The notes beneath the pieces were generated by a model. The model was not told where the DNA came from and searched no databases. It worked only from the letters and a program-made list of their open reading frames with translations. Source: a virus (Duplodnaviria > Caudoviricetes). Taken from it: 51,206 nt of DNA. Below, piece by piece: positions 1 through 9,853 of the stretch. Within the stretch, counting starts at the first letter, position 1; the number at the start of each line of letters is the position of its first letter. Made by a program: the position numbers and the translations under genes. The stretch lies in the IMG/VR virus record IMGVR_UViG_3300020045_005791, positions 1 to 51,206 of that record, one strand, 5' to 3'.

Positions 1-2566
1 CAGCAAAAGCACCATTTACAGAAATCTCCATCCAGTAGACGCCATTGTATAGTCTGTAACGGTTTTCGTCAAATAAATATACTTTTTCGTCTTTTATTTC
101 ATACTGCAAATCCTGTAATCTGGTTTCATTATTAATTAAAATATAATCAAATTCAGTTGAAATAGTCATTGATGACGGTTCGAATTTTTCCTCTGCTTTT
201 ATAATTAATTTCTTTTCAAGTAGCGAATATTCAATATCAACAGGATAAATTTTTATAACTTTTTCGTTATTATCAATCGTTCTAATAAATCCACGCTCTG
301 AACGTATCGCATTTTGTAAAGTAATAAAATCCTCAAACTCTACATTTGCAAAAATAATGTCATTGTAAAGCGTTGGAGATAATATTGGATTTATTGGTAT
401 TATATCGGCTTTCTCGGTTAATTTAACACCGTTATATTTAGCCGTGTAATCTCCATTATTTTTATACCAAGTGTTTTTTAATGGTTTATTTTTCCAATAT
501 AAATTACAACTTGCAATATATGACTGCCAATAATTATAAATATTTCTTTTAATCGAATAGCGTCTATTACTATAACTTTCCGATGCGTTTAAATTTTCAG
601 TTTCGCTAAATCCTTGATTCGTATAATTAGTAAAAGGCACAAATGATTGCGATAAAGTATATTTATATTTTGTTAAACGCGTTCCATTTCCAGCTGTTGA
701 CGTAATTCCTAATATTCTATTTAATTCTAAAACATTTTGACTAACTGAAAATACAGAATAAGTGCCGGCATTTAAATCAGGTGTTTGAATATAAAAATAA
801 CTCCCAGCCTGTATTCCTAATGAATTAAAATTTATCGAACCGTCATTTGTTAATGTAAGCAAAAATGTAGAATTATTATAAGCGTGTTGCATTTCTGTAA
901 CCTCTATAAATTCATTGTCAAAAGTCGTGTTAATTGAATCTATGCAAAATATAGTATCGTCGTCCTGACTAGCTGTATTTTCTTTTATTTCAATTGCTTT
1001 TTTTCTCGTTGCTTCAATTAAAAACGCATCGCGTGTCCAATCTACCTCAACCTCTTTTTTATTCTCAACTGATTTATTAAAAAATACAAATTTACTTTCT
1101 CCGTGGATAGTATCCGCGCTATTTATTTCCTCATTTTCTTTTTGTGATTGATAATTTGAATATTTAAAACCAAATTCATTAATCATAAATCTAGGATTAA
1201 AAGTCTTATTCATTTCTGAAAATTGGGTGTTATTAAAAAAACCGCTTTCAGTATTTGTGTAAAAGTCAGATTCAATCCCAAAGAAAACTTTTCCATCTGA
1301 TCCGATTTCATAATCTCCGTTCATTTCAGTTATTGACTTTTCAATATCTTCTAAACTAACGTAAAAAGGCTTATTTATAATCCCTCTTAATAAGTTCCCA
1401 TTTACCAATCTATTGTCGTAAAATTGACCTAAGCTTTTAAAATGTGGTGCATTAATTGATAATCCAGAATTTGATTTAATTATTTGTTTCATTACATCAA
1501 CTAAACGTAATGATTTTGAAACTGAATTATAAGCAGTGCTTTCTGCTGTTATTTGAATATTCATCCCTGATATATTTGTAAAACACTCAAATCTTTGAAT
1601 TAAATTACCTATAACGTTTGTATGAGATTGTCTAACCTTTAAATCAAATTGAATCCAAATAGAATCGCCTCTATTTAGCGAAGCAATGTTATAGAAAAAA
1701 TCTCCTGAAAAATCATAGGTTTGATGTTCGGTTTTATACGTGTTCAATAAGGTGTGTTTTACAGCAGTAGCAAAACTAGAGCCGTAATAAATATTAAAAT
1801 TAAAATCAACATATCCCTCGCCTCCATTGTCTACATCGGTTTCAAGATGGATTAATGCGTCTTTGATATTTATATTTATATCTTTTAATGCATTTTTAGC
1901 CGTTAATAATGTAAAATTAGAAGTTGTAAATGGATTTACTTGTTGTGTTTCTTTGGACTGAAAAAAACTTAAAGTATCTTCAATTCCACTTTTAATTATA
2001 TTTTGGCATGGATTTACTTGCGCATAAACTGTTATTGGTTGCGCATTAGCTGCTGCAATATTTTCACTGAATAATTCAGTTTGAGTCCATTCACTTGTTT
2101 GTATGACTGGCTTTGCTAATAAAAGCATATTTTCAGGGACTAAGCCGCCAATATAATTACCATCTAAATCAACATCGCTTAAAACGTCAACTTTTACGGA
2201 CGTTCTTCTTTTTATAATTTGCAAACTTCCGTTTTGAATACCTTTACATTTAAATTTAGTCAAATCATCAGTTTCAGCCGTTGCAAAATCTAAATCACAA
2301 TTGTATTTATTATTTTCGTCAACTTCAATAGTCAAAACTACAACCGATTCAAAACCAAATTTTCTATGATAATAAAGTAATTGTTTCAATTCGTGATTAC
2401 GCATATTTGTAAATTCGAATTGAATTTCATTACCTGAGAAACTAATATCACGACCCATTTTATTAGGCTTTTGATTTAACGAGAAATTAATATCACTTGT
2501 GCCAAACGGTTCGTCAATGACTTTTAATCCGTAATTATCTGACTTAAAATTTAATGTGAATTTCAT
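1..2566 (-). CDS. Large tail (hub/Tal-like) protein, copy A; C-terminus runs off the window
   Basis: Not in the ORF track because it is truncated. ATG at 2566 reads MKFTLNFKSDNYGLKVIDEPFGTSDINFSLNQKPNKMGRDISFSGNEIQFEF, collinear with 38498..41089. Follows the tape measure gene. Confidence 0.8.
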   Translation of the reverse strand, partial: MKFTLNFKSDNYGLKVIDEPFGTSDINFSLNQKPNKMGRDISFSGNEIQFEFTNMRNHELKQLLYYHRKFGFESVVVLTIEVDENNKYNCDLDFATAETDDLTKFKCKGIQNGSLQIIKRRTSVKVDVLSDVDLDGNYIGGLVPENMLLLAKPVIQTSEWTQTELFSENIAAANAQPITVYAQVNPCQNIIKSGIEDTLSFFQSKETQQVNPFTTSNFTLLTAKNALKDININIKDALIHLETDVDNGGEGYVDFNFNIYYGSSFATAVKHTLLNTYKTEHQTYDFSGDFFYNIASLNRGDSIWIQFDLKVRQSHTNVIGNLIQRFECFTNISGMNIQITAESTAYNSVSKSLRLVDVMKQIIKSNSGLSINAPHFKSLGQFYDNRLVNGNLLRGIINKPFYVSLEDIEKSITEMNGDYEIGSDGKVFFGIESDFYTNTESGFFNNTQFSEMNKTFNPRFMINEFGFKYSNYQSQKENEEINSADTIHGESKFVFFNKSVENKKEVEVDWTRDAFLIEATRKKAIEIKENTASQDDDTIFCIDSINTTFDNEFIEVTEMQHAYNNSTFLLTLTNDGSINFNSLGIQAGSYFYIQTPDLNAGTYSVFSVSQNVLELNRILGITSTAGNGTRLTKYKYTLSQSFVPFTNYTNQGFSETENLNASESYSNRRYSIKRNIYNYWQSYIASCNLYWKNKPLKNTWYKNNGDYTAKYNGVKLTEKADIIPINPILSPTLYNDIIFANVEFEDFITLQNAIRSERGFIRTIDNNEKVIKIYPVDIEYSLLEKKLIIKAEEKFEPSSMTISTEFDYILINNETRLQDLQYEIKDEKVYLFDENRYRLYNGVYWMEISVNGAFA

Positions 2567-2569
2567 AAT

Positions 2570-5125
2570 TTATACTTTAAAACCTATTCCAGATACTCTA
2601 TTTGCATTTTGCTTTGTTCTATTTCCATTCTTTTCACTCCAACTTGAAAAACCATTTTTATCAAAAGTAGTGTTATTAGTTTGTATTTTAGCAAAATGTT
2701 TGCCAATAATATAATCCATTTCTGGCGCTGTCATTCCTACTGAACCGTTATTGCGAGGCATCGATATTCCTTTGCTATTTAACATATAATTCAAATCATC
2801 ATTAAACAACATTTGTTTAGTTTCGCTAGCCGTATAAACCTTGTCTCCTTGCTCCATCATTGTTAAACGCGCCCCTTTATTGTCTCCAAAGTCTTTAATA
2901 TTCCCGTGTTTATCAGTATGAAGCTCCGCGCCTCTTTCGTTGGTATAGGCAAATCCTGCGTTTGCGCTGTCAGTTCCTGTCCAGTATTCCGGTATCTTTT
3001 GTGATGCAACCAAAGCAATTTGAGCCGCCCCAAACGCCCCTAATATCAAAGCAGTTGGAAGTCCTGCAAATCCTGTTTTACCAAGTGTTGCCATAATTGC
3101 CTGAGCCGTATCAATAGCAATATTAAATATAGCTTGTCTTTGCTTTGCTTTATTTTCTCGGTTCGCTATTTCTTTACGTTTCTTTTCGTAATCCTCTTCT
3201 ATTTTCGCCTTAGCTTCTGCACTATCTCCGGCAAACTTCAAAGAAATATCTTTTTGGCTTTCCAAACGAGCATATTCATTTTTAAAATTCATTTCGCTAA
3301 AATCTGCTATAATGTCACCGGCTTGTTGTGCGCTTTCTGCAATTTCATTAAAAGTATCTTTCCAGTCGTTTTTGAGTTTTGTCATACTCGCTTTTGGCAC
3401 TTCTGGCGTAATAATATTTGGAATACCTGCGGCAGTTGGAACTGCGTTTAATTGTTTTTTAAGTTCTAATAATAATCGCAATTGTTCATTTATAGCCGGT
3501 AATTCAGCTTCATTTGCTATTATTTTTTCAGTAGTCAAACGGTTTATTTCTGCATTTATTTCCTCTATAATTGTTCCAACTGGCTTAATATAGCTTTCTA
3601 AATGGTCTAAATCTTCGCGTTTTGATTTTTCTTGTTTTGCTTTTTTTACCTTTTCTTTTTTAGTATCGCCAAATAAATTAAAGTCAAAATATTGAGCAAT
3701 CTTCGCAGCGTCTTGTTGAAACTTTTTAGCAATATTTATATTTTGTTGCGCTGCATCAGTATTTATTTTAATTTCTTCATTCTTCTTTTTCTTTTGAGCA
3801 TCAATATCTTTTTTAGCTATCCTAGCCGCTGCTGTTGGATCGAATCCAGGAGCGGTTGAACCAACAGAAACTCCAACATCAGCACTTTGACCAGCAAACT
3901 CTTTCAATGATTTTAAACGGCTTTTTTCCGCCTCTAATGATTGTTTAGCCGCATCCTCTAACGCTAAATTAGCCGCTGCCTTATACAACGTCATTTTTAT
4001 ATAAGCGTCTCCATTGGCCGTTAATTCTTTTTCAGCATCGTCTAAATTTGTAACAAATCCGGTTGTTTTTCCAATAGTGTCATTGTATTGTTTTACAACT
4101 TGATCTTTGTCTAAAAAGCCCTGTTTTGCTAGATCAATATTAATCGCTAATTCCTGTACGTTTTTAACAGCTTCTTTTACTGAACTTTCTTCAAATGATT
4201 TATTTAAAGTGTCCATTCGTAATTTTAAATCAGAAATACCTTCTTTTCCTTTAGAAAGTTCACCAATCCATTTTATAAATTGACCACCATATAACGTTAA
4301 CAATGTAACCCCAACGCTTAAAGCTGTTTGCCAACTAAAAACGGCTCCGGCAATAGATCTCAAAACACTTACTGTCGGTTTCCCTTCTGCAACTAACATT
4401 TTGTTTTTATCACGAATACCATTAATAGCATCAAATAAAGCAGGAAAGTTATTTGATAAAGCCATGAATCCAGTATTCACGCTATTTGCAAATGCCGGTG
4501 CTTCACGTGATAATTGATTTATTGAATTTCCAAGCGCATTGTAACCGCTTGCGTAGTTTCCGACGTTTCTTTGATTTTTACCAATAGTCGCATCGGTCAT
4601 TTTTAAAATACCATTGTATTTTTCAGTAACTCTCCCAAGCGTGCCTAAACGCATTTCTTCGTTTGCAGAAAGATTATTATATCTTTCTTTTCTAATCGCC
4701 AAATCATTATAAACCTTTGTAAGGTTATTTATTTGCGTTTGGGTTTTATTGTATAAATTATTTGTTTTTTCTGCTGTAATTTGCTCTTTACGCGCATTCT
4801 TTTCAAATGAATCAAAAGCTTTTTCGCGTTGTTGTTGCAAGCGAATTTCAGCCAAACGGCTTTGTTCGGCTTTTTTTGCAATATCAGAGTGCAGTTTGGT
4901 AATTATGGCGTTTTGCTTCTCTAATTGAGCATTTAAGGTACTTGTATTGCTAACCGCTTTATCAAGTCCAGAAGGCGTTGAAATTCCTGTAATCCCCTTA
5001 CTCGCAGTCGATGCGCTTTGACTAATTTTAATCAATTCAGCATCCGCTAAACTTAACTTTGAAATTAAGCTTTCAACTTGTTTAATCGCTTCCGCTCCAA
5101 TTACTAAATCTACACTATTTGCCAT
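2570..5125 (-). CDS. Tail tape measure protein, copy A (851 aa)
   Basis: Long Ala/Lys-rich helical protein with RNVGNY motif and hydrophobic segments; sits between tail tube region and large tail gene. Confidence 0.85.
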   Translation of the reverse strand: MANSVDLVIGAEAIKQVESLISKLSLADAELIKISQSASTASKGITGISTPSGLDKAVSNTSTLNAQLEKQNAIITKLHSDIAKKAEQSRLAEIRLQQQREKAFDSFEKNARKEQITAEKTNNLYNKTQTQINNLTKVYNDLAIRKERYNNLSANEEMRLGTLGRVTEKYNGILKMTDATIGKNQRNVGNYASGYNALGNSINQLSREAPAFANSVNTGFMALSNNFPALFDAINGIRDKNKMLVAEGKPTVSVLRSIAGAVFSWQTALSVGVTLLTLYGGQFIKWIGELSKGKEGISDLKLRMDTLNKSFEESSVKEAVKNVQELAINIDLAKQGFLDKDQVVKQYNDTIGKTTGFVTNLDDAEKELTANGDAYIKMTLYKAAANLALEDAAKQSLEAEKSRLKSLKEFAGQSADVGVSVGSTAPGFDPTAAARIAKKDIDAQKKKKNEEIKINTDAAQQNINIAKKFQQDAAKIAQYFDFNLFGDTKKEKVKKAKQEKSKREDLDHLESYIKPVGTIIEEINAEINRLTTEKIIANEAELPAINEQLRLLLELKKQLNAVPTAAGIPNIITPEVPKASMTKLKNDWKDTFNEIAESAQQAGDIIADFSEMNFKNEYARLESQKDISLKFAGDSAEAKAKIEEDYEKKRKEIANRENKAKQRQAIFNIAIDTAQAIMATLGKTGFAGLPTALILGAFGAAQIALVASQKIPEYWTGTDSANAGFAYTNERGAELHTDKHGNIKDFGDNKGARLTMMEQGDKVYTASETKQMLFNDDLNYMLNSKGISMPRNNGSVGMTAPEMDYIIGKHFAKIQTNNTTFDKNGFSSWSEKNGNRTKQNANRVSGIGFKV

Positions 5126-5126
5126 A

Positions 5127-5750
5127 TTAATTCTGTTTAGCTTTTTCTTCTAATAATTTTGATATTTCTATCCACTCCAAAAGTGTTATTTCTTTTGGAT
5201 TTAATCGATATTGATATTGAAGTCCAATAGTCGCAATTTGCAACTGTTTAGCCAAAGAAACACTTTCTATATTTGCATCTTTTTTTAATTCAATTTCAAT
5301 TAACGATATGCGTGTTTTAATACCTTCGCAACCTGTATTTAATCGCTGTAATTCAACTGCATCGCCATCAACTGTGTTTATTTCTGACATTTTAAAACCG
5401 TGCCTTGCTAATTCTCTAACGAATATTAAACGAGTTTCCATTTCTTTATCCCCAAAACCTAACCACATTCTATTGATCAATGACTTTACAACGTGGTATT
5501 TAAGCTTTAAAGTTTCAATTTCGCACCATTTTTGCAATCTATTTGTAAATGAACGGTCATCAATTGCCTTGAAATATTCATCTAAAATAATTTTCTCGAT
5601 TGGTTGCAAAGCTTCTGCGCTTTCTTTTTTCTGCCTACCGTCATAATCTTGACGAAACCAATTCAAGTCCGTTGTGGTTCTGTATTTATCGAAATTGTAT
5701 AGTGGTAATGTTTCGATTGTGTTGTAGTATTTTGTTTTAGTCAGTTTCAT
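5127..5750 (-). CDS. Putative tail assembly chaperone, copy A
   Basis: Immediately upstream of the tape measure gene; helical, C-terminal ITLLEW motif. Confidence 0.55.
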   Translation of the reverse strand: MKLTKTKYYNTIETLPLYNFDKYRTTTDLNWFRQDYDGRQKKESAEALQPIEKIILDEYFKAIDDRSFTNRLQKWCEIETLKLKYHVVKSLINRMWLGFGDKEMETRLIFVRELARHGFKMSEINTVDGDAVELQRLNTGCEGIKTRISLIEIELKKDANIESVSLAKQLQIATIGLQYQYRLNPKEITLLEWIEISKLLEEKAKQN

Positions 5751-6211
5751 AAATACTTTTTTATAAATTTCATTAATTCCGGGTAAATAATATTATAATT
5801 AACAATATCACTGTTATTTTTATTTAGTCCAAATAAGTTATTATATCCACTAAAAAACAATGCTTTCTCTCCGCTTCCAGTTCCTGTGCTAAATATGTCA
5901 AACTTTGTTAAATTAGGCTGTAAATCAATTTGCATATTTGATAAAAAAGCACCTGTATCAAGAAATGTATAAGGCGTTCCCGCTACTTTTTTTGGGTTTA
6001 ATAATTGAGTTGCCAGCGTATATGTTCCTTTAAATACTTTTTCGTTACTATGTTTTAATATATTCCCATCGTTACCCATACTATCTTGAAAAGCATCTAC
6101 ATTTAACGATATAATACGATTTTCATTAGCCAAAACAATTCGCTCCTGTTCGTTAAGCATTTCACTTGCCACGAATTTAGCTTTTTTGATATAATCGTTT
6201 ATTGTTGTCAT
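5747..6211 (-). CDS. Tail completion/virion morphogenesis-like protein, copy A (start MTTINDY)
   Basis: LDTGAF and FGL motifs resemble phage virion morphogenesis proteins; start moved to 6211, downstream of terminator and promoter. Confidence 0.5.
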   Translation of the reverse strand: MTTINDYIKKAKFVASEMLNEQERIVLANENRIISLNVDAFQDSMGNDGNILKHSNEKVFKGTYTLATQLLNPKKVAGTPYTFLDTGAFLSNMQIDLQPNLTKFDIFSTGTGSGEKALFFSGYNNLFGLNKNNSDIVNYNIIYPELMKFIKKYL

Positions 6212-6217
6212 TTCACA

Positions 6218-6225
6218 CAAATATA
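6218..6225 (-). promoter_or_regulatory. Bacteroidota -7 promoter box TATATTTG
   Basis: Matches TAnnTTTG, 6 nt upstream of ATG 6211. Confidence 0.6.
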
Positions 6226-6226
6226 C

Positions 6227-6256
6227 AAAAAAAGCGACACATTTCTGCATCGCTTT
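6227..6256 (-). terminator. Intrinsic terminator after major tail gene
   Basis: AAAGCGATGCA-GAAA-TGTGTCGCTTT hairpin followed by T-tract. Confidence 0.8.
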
Positions 6257-6281
6257 AATTTTCTCATTTCTTTTAAATTAA

Positions 6282-7190
6282 TTAAGCAGTAACTACAACT
6301 GTTTGAACAGCGCTTTTGTATAAAACATCGGCTAAAGTTAAAACAATATCATTCAAATCTACTGTTACAATATCAGCAGTTGTATTAGCCGTTACTGTTA
6401 ACGTATATTTTTTAGTCGTTGCATTGTAAGACAATAAACTAGGAACAATTGCAACCCCGTTACGAGTTACCGTAAAGTCACCTACCAACAACCCCTCAAC
6501 TGGATGTATTTTATCCAATAAATACGCACTTACAACAATTGAAGTCGAAGCGGTTATAATTGGATCAACTGTCAATAAAACTTCATTAACTCCGGTCAAC
6601 TCCCCATAAGAGAAATCTAACAAGTTATTTTCAATCCAAGACATACGTTCATCGATTTCTGCTCTTTCAGTCAATTGCAAAACAACTGTTTGAGAACTTG
6701 CATCTGTTCCGTTCGCTCCCATGTATTTACCGTTTTCAAACATTCCAAGCGTAAAGCCTTTTGCATCGCCTGATTTTGTAACTGTAAAAAACATGGAATT
6801 ATCAACATCGAATAAAACCAAATCATAAGCATTGAAACCGCTTAACGATGTTAAAGCTTTATGAAAATTAATTCCGTTGTCGAAAGTAATTGTATGCTCG
6901 TACGGATTCTTTCCGGCAACAACTTTTATTCCAGATCCTGCACGCGTAATAATATTGTCATCTGCTGTATTGTCTTCAAACGAAACAACGCCCTGCAACA
7001 TAATCAAAACGCCTGATTCCTGCAAAGTTCTTAAATATGCTTTTGTGATTTCAGCATTGAACTTATATCCTTTTTGAACTAATCCTAACGCTGTAACGCG
7101 CTTTCTATCAATTCGGCACCCAGCTAAACCAGTGCCTAATACACCTGATTGAGAACAATCAATAGTGTTAATTTGTGTTTCTAAACTCAT
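6282..7190 (-). CDS. Major tail (tube) protein, copy A
   Basis: 302 aa beta-rich, C-terminal Ig-like extension, followed by terminator; gene order. Confidence 0.75.
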   Translation of the reverse strand: MSLETQINTIDCSQSGVLGTGLAGCRIDRKRVTALGLVQKGYKFNAEITKAYLRTLQESGVLIMLQGVVSFEDNTADDNIITRAGSGIKVVAGKNPYEHTITFDNGINFHKALTSLSGFNAYDLVLFDVDNSMFFTVTKSGDAKGFTLGMFENGKYMGANGTDASSQTVVLQLTERAEIDERMSWIENNLLDFSYGELTGVNEVLLTVDPIITASTSIVVSAYLLDKIHPVEGLLVGDFTVTRNGVAIVPSLLSYNATTKKYTLTVTANTTADIVTVDLNDIVLTLADVLYKSAVQTVVVTA

Positions 7191-7339
7191 TTTATAAATT
7201 TGTTTAAGATTAATTTATCAATTGTTTTTTTGTCGTTTATTGTGCAAAGCGGAATCATAGACCCAACTTTATACAATCTATCTCGTGTAAATTCTTTTTT
7301 TACCGTAAATAGTTTTAAATTTATTCTTTTTTCAGCCAT
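7187..7339 (-). CDS. Small hypothetical virion-module protein (50 aa, MAEKRINLKLFTVKK)
   Basis: Own translation; ATGA overlap with tail gene; homologue at 46382..46525. Confidence 0.65.
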   Translation of the reverse strand: MAEKRINLKLFTVKKEFTRDRLYKVGSMIPLCTINDKKTIDKLILNKFIK

Positions 7340-7343
7340 AGCT

Positions 7344-7838
7344 TTAAAATTTAATATTTTCTATTATACACCCATTTGTCAACTCAACTTCAATATCTAA
7401 AACTAAAGCATTCCAGATAGTAACTAATCCTTTACCGTTATCGTTTACGCTGTAATTTGGCTTTAATTCTTTATCAATAGTGCTTCCAACTATCTTAGAA
7501 ATTCCGCTACTATTTAGAACGGTTATAAAGTCATTGTAAACAGGTATCAGGATTTCTTTGTAATCCGTTTGGTATTGCTTAGCGTTGAATGAATCGACAT
7601 CATTTGACCTTGTAGCGATAACAAATCTTGCCTGTCTTGTAACTCGATTTCGCAATAAGTCGTCAGTATCTTTTGAAGTCACTAACCAAATAAGCGGATA
7701 TTTTGATTTGCTTTCTTTTAGAACTAAGAATTTATTTAATACGTCAATTGTGCCCCAATCATAACGAACGTCATGCGTTCCGTTCCATTTTGGCATTAAT
7801 GCGACTAATTCCCTTAATTTCTCTTCAAAAACTATCAT
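7344..7838 (-). CDS. Putative tail terminator/neck protein, copy A
   Basis: YPLIWL motif, 164 aa, upstream of tail tube gene. Confidence 0.55.
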   Translation of the reverse strand: MIVFEEKLRELVALMPKWNGTHDVRYDWGTIDVLNKFLVLKESKSKYPLIWLVTSKDTDDLLRNRVTRQARFVIATRSNDVDSFNAKQYQTDYKEILIPVYNDFITVLNSSGISKIVGSTIDKELKPNYSVNDNGKGLVTIWNALVLDIEVELTNGCIIENIKF

Positions 7839-8449
7839 ATACCAAAGCTGTTTTTAGTTTCGTAAATTCTAAAGTATTCCGGCTTCCAGTTTGTAAAATC
7901 GGCTTGTTTGTCCATCAAATAACCATAAAGACTTTTTTCAATTCCATTACACCCATACCAATCAATGAAATTATCAGTTACAATAGGCTCTATTAAATAC
8001 TCGCCTTGATATTGTTTGATAAAATTTTGATGCGCTCCGGCAATTAAGTATTTTGGCGTTTGAGCGGTTGCATTTTCTGGATTTACTTTTTTTGCTCCAG
8101 TTGCAGAAAGTCTAATATCTGTTTGAGTAACGAACTCTTGATAAATAAAGTTAGCAATCAATGAATCATCATTGTCTAATCCTAACCATATTTTACCATC
8201 GTATTCGTCTCCTTCAATTAGTTTTTTAAACTTTTCATTTTCTGGCAGCTCAATTGTAACGTCAGTCAATGCTTTAATTCCATTGTAAAGAGATAAACCC
8301 AATGCATTTAGTAATATTTTACGTTCCAACTTTTCGCAAAGATAGTCTAATTCAGTAGCATTGTTTGGAGTACTTGACGGGTCAACAACCGCTAAAGGAA
8401 TATGAATATAATTTTGATTATTGAAAAATGTACTATTTACTATTTGCAT
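7835..8449 (-). CDS. Putative head-tail adaptor, copy A
   Basis: Position after capsid gene; conserved in copy B. Confidence 0.5.
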   Translation of the reverse strand: MQIVNSTFFNNQNYIHIPLAVVDPSSTPNNATELDYLCEKLERKILLNALGLSLYNGIKALTDVTIELPENEKFKKLIEGDEYDGKIWLGLDNDDSLIANFIYQEFVTQTDIRLSATGAKKVNPENATAQTPKYLIAGAHQNFIKQYQGEYLIEPIVTDNFIDWYGCNGIEKSLYGYLMDKQADFTNWKPEYFRIYETKNSFGI

Positions 8450-8466
8450 TAGGTTTAATTTTTAAA

Positions 8467-8637
8467 TTACTTTGACTTTTTCTTACTTAGAACTGTTGCC
8501 GCTACTGCTTCGGTTTGAACCGGATCTAAAATAGCGACTCCTTCAGCTATTAGCTGTGAGGCTAGTTGTCCATCAACAACTATTCTGTCATCAACTACCT
8601 TGTTGGCAAAATCCTCAATAAACTTAATGCCTATCAT
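8467..8637 (-). CDS. Small capsid-associated hypothetical protein (56 aa, MIGIKFIEDF)
   Basis: Own translation; near-identical protein at 47643..47813. Confidence 0.7.
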   Translation of the reverse strand: MIGIKFIEDFANKVVDDRIVVDGQLASQLIAEGVAILDPVQTEAVAATVLSKKKSK

Positions 8638-8639
8638 AA

Positions 8640-9842
8640 TTAAGCCGTTGCTAAAGTTACCAATGCAGCAGAAATAGAAGTAACTTTTCTAAATCCTGTT
8701 TTGTCCGCTTCACGAATCAAAAGGTTTAGACGTTTTCTTGCTTTCAATGTTTGCATATCTTCAACAAAATCAGCTCCATTATATCCTTTAGACACAACAA
8801 CTCCACTCATTTCGTAGATACGTGCATATCTTGAATCTCCCAAATACAAAGTATTTGCAACTACATTGTTATCTTCAATGATATTCAAAGTATCAATTCT
8901 TGGATCATTGAAATTAAACACGTAGTTATTTGTAGTGTCTTTTTTCAATTTCAATTTATTAATATCTGCAATATTCATTGCTACAAAATCAGGGCTGTAT
9001 TTTGCTCCGCCTACTGATGTAATGCTTTCACTTACTTTTGCTACCAAGTCGTAAATGTTTGCGTCTGTTATTCCAGAAGCTACTGGCGTATATGCAGGCG
9101 CGCTAGAAACCAATCCTTTTAAATTCGTTCCTGTATTGTCTCCAATTACTAATTGAGAATCTACTTTGTCTTCAACATTTGTAGCTAAAAACATATCCAA
9201 CTCAGAAGCAGCCATTACGTCATCTTCAAAAAACTCTTCTGAAACAGGCAAAGTATCTCCAATTTTTTGCAATGTCAAAGAATACCCTTTGAATTTAGCA
9301 GTTGATTCAGCGAACGCAACGCCTTCGGCAACACTTGCAGCAGCTTTAACGGTTGTAGCTTCGTCCCAGTCAATATAGCGAATAATTCCACTATGATTTC
9401 CTTTTCCTACTGTAATTTTAGGAAAGAAATTATAAAGGCTTCTTTTAACTCTTTGAAGTTGTCCAATTCCACCGATAAATAAACCGCTTGGATCTGTAGC
9501 AATTGAAGCTCTCAATGTGTCGGCCTTCATTACGATTTCTGCATTTCCGCCTTTCGCAATAGCTTTCAATGCATCTTTATTCTCTTTTATTTCATCAACA
9601 AAAGTTTTAACAACTGATTTTACCCCTTTAGTTTCCAATTCGGTAACTTTTAAAGCTAATTCAGTGTTATCATCTTTTACTTTTTTCAATTCAACATCAA
9701 AAGCGTCTTTCGCTCCTTTTACCGCTAAATCAATAGCTTTTGTTTGCAAATCGGCTTCGTGTGCTCTTTTTGCAATTGCGTAATCGTTTGCTTCTTGTTC
9801 GGTCATTGCCTGAACTTCCGCATCTGTTTTGTACTTAAACAT
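8640..9842 (-). CDS. Major capsid protein (HK97 fold), copy A
   Basis: N-terminal coiled-coil delta domain; VAEG..F.ES, VSEE, GDNTGTNLKGL motifs. Confidence 0.9.
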   Translation of the reverse strand: MFKYKTDAEVQAMTEQEANDYAIAKRAHEADLQTKAIDLAVKGAKDAFDVELKKVKDDNTELALKVTELETKGVKSVVKTFVDEIKENKDALKAIAKGGNAEIVMKADTLRASIATDPSGLFIGGIGQLQRVKRSLYNFFPKITVGKGNHSGIIRYIDWDEATTVKAAASVAEGVAFAESTAKFKGYSLTLQKIGDTLPVSEEFFEDDVMAASELDMFLATNVEDKVDSQLVIGDNTGTNLKGLVSSAPAYTPVASGITDANIYDLVAKVSESITSVGGAKYSPDFVAMNIADINKLKLKKDTTNNYVFNFNDPRIDTLNIIEDNNVVANTLYLGDSRYARIYEMSGVVVSKGYNGADFVEDMQTLKARKRLNLLIREADKTGFRKVTSISAALVTLATA

Positions 9843-9853
9843 AGTTTTTTGTT

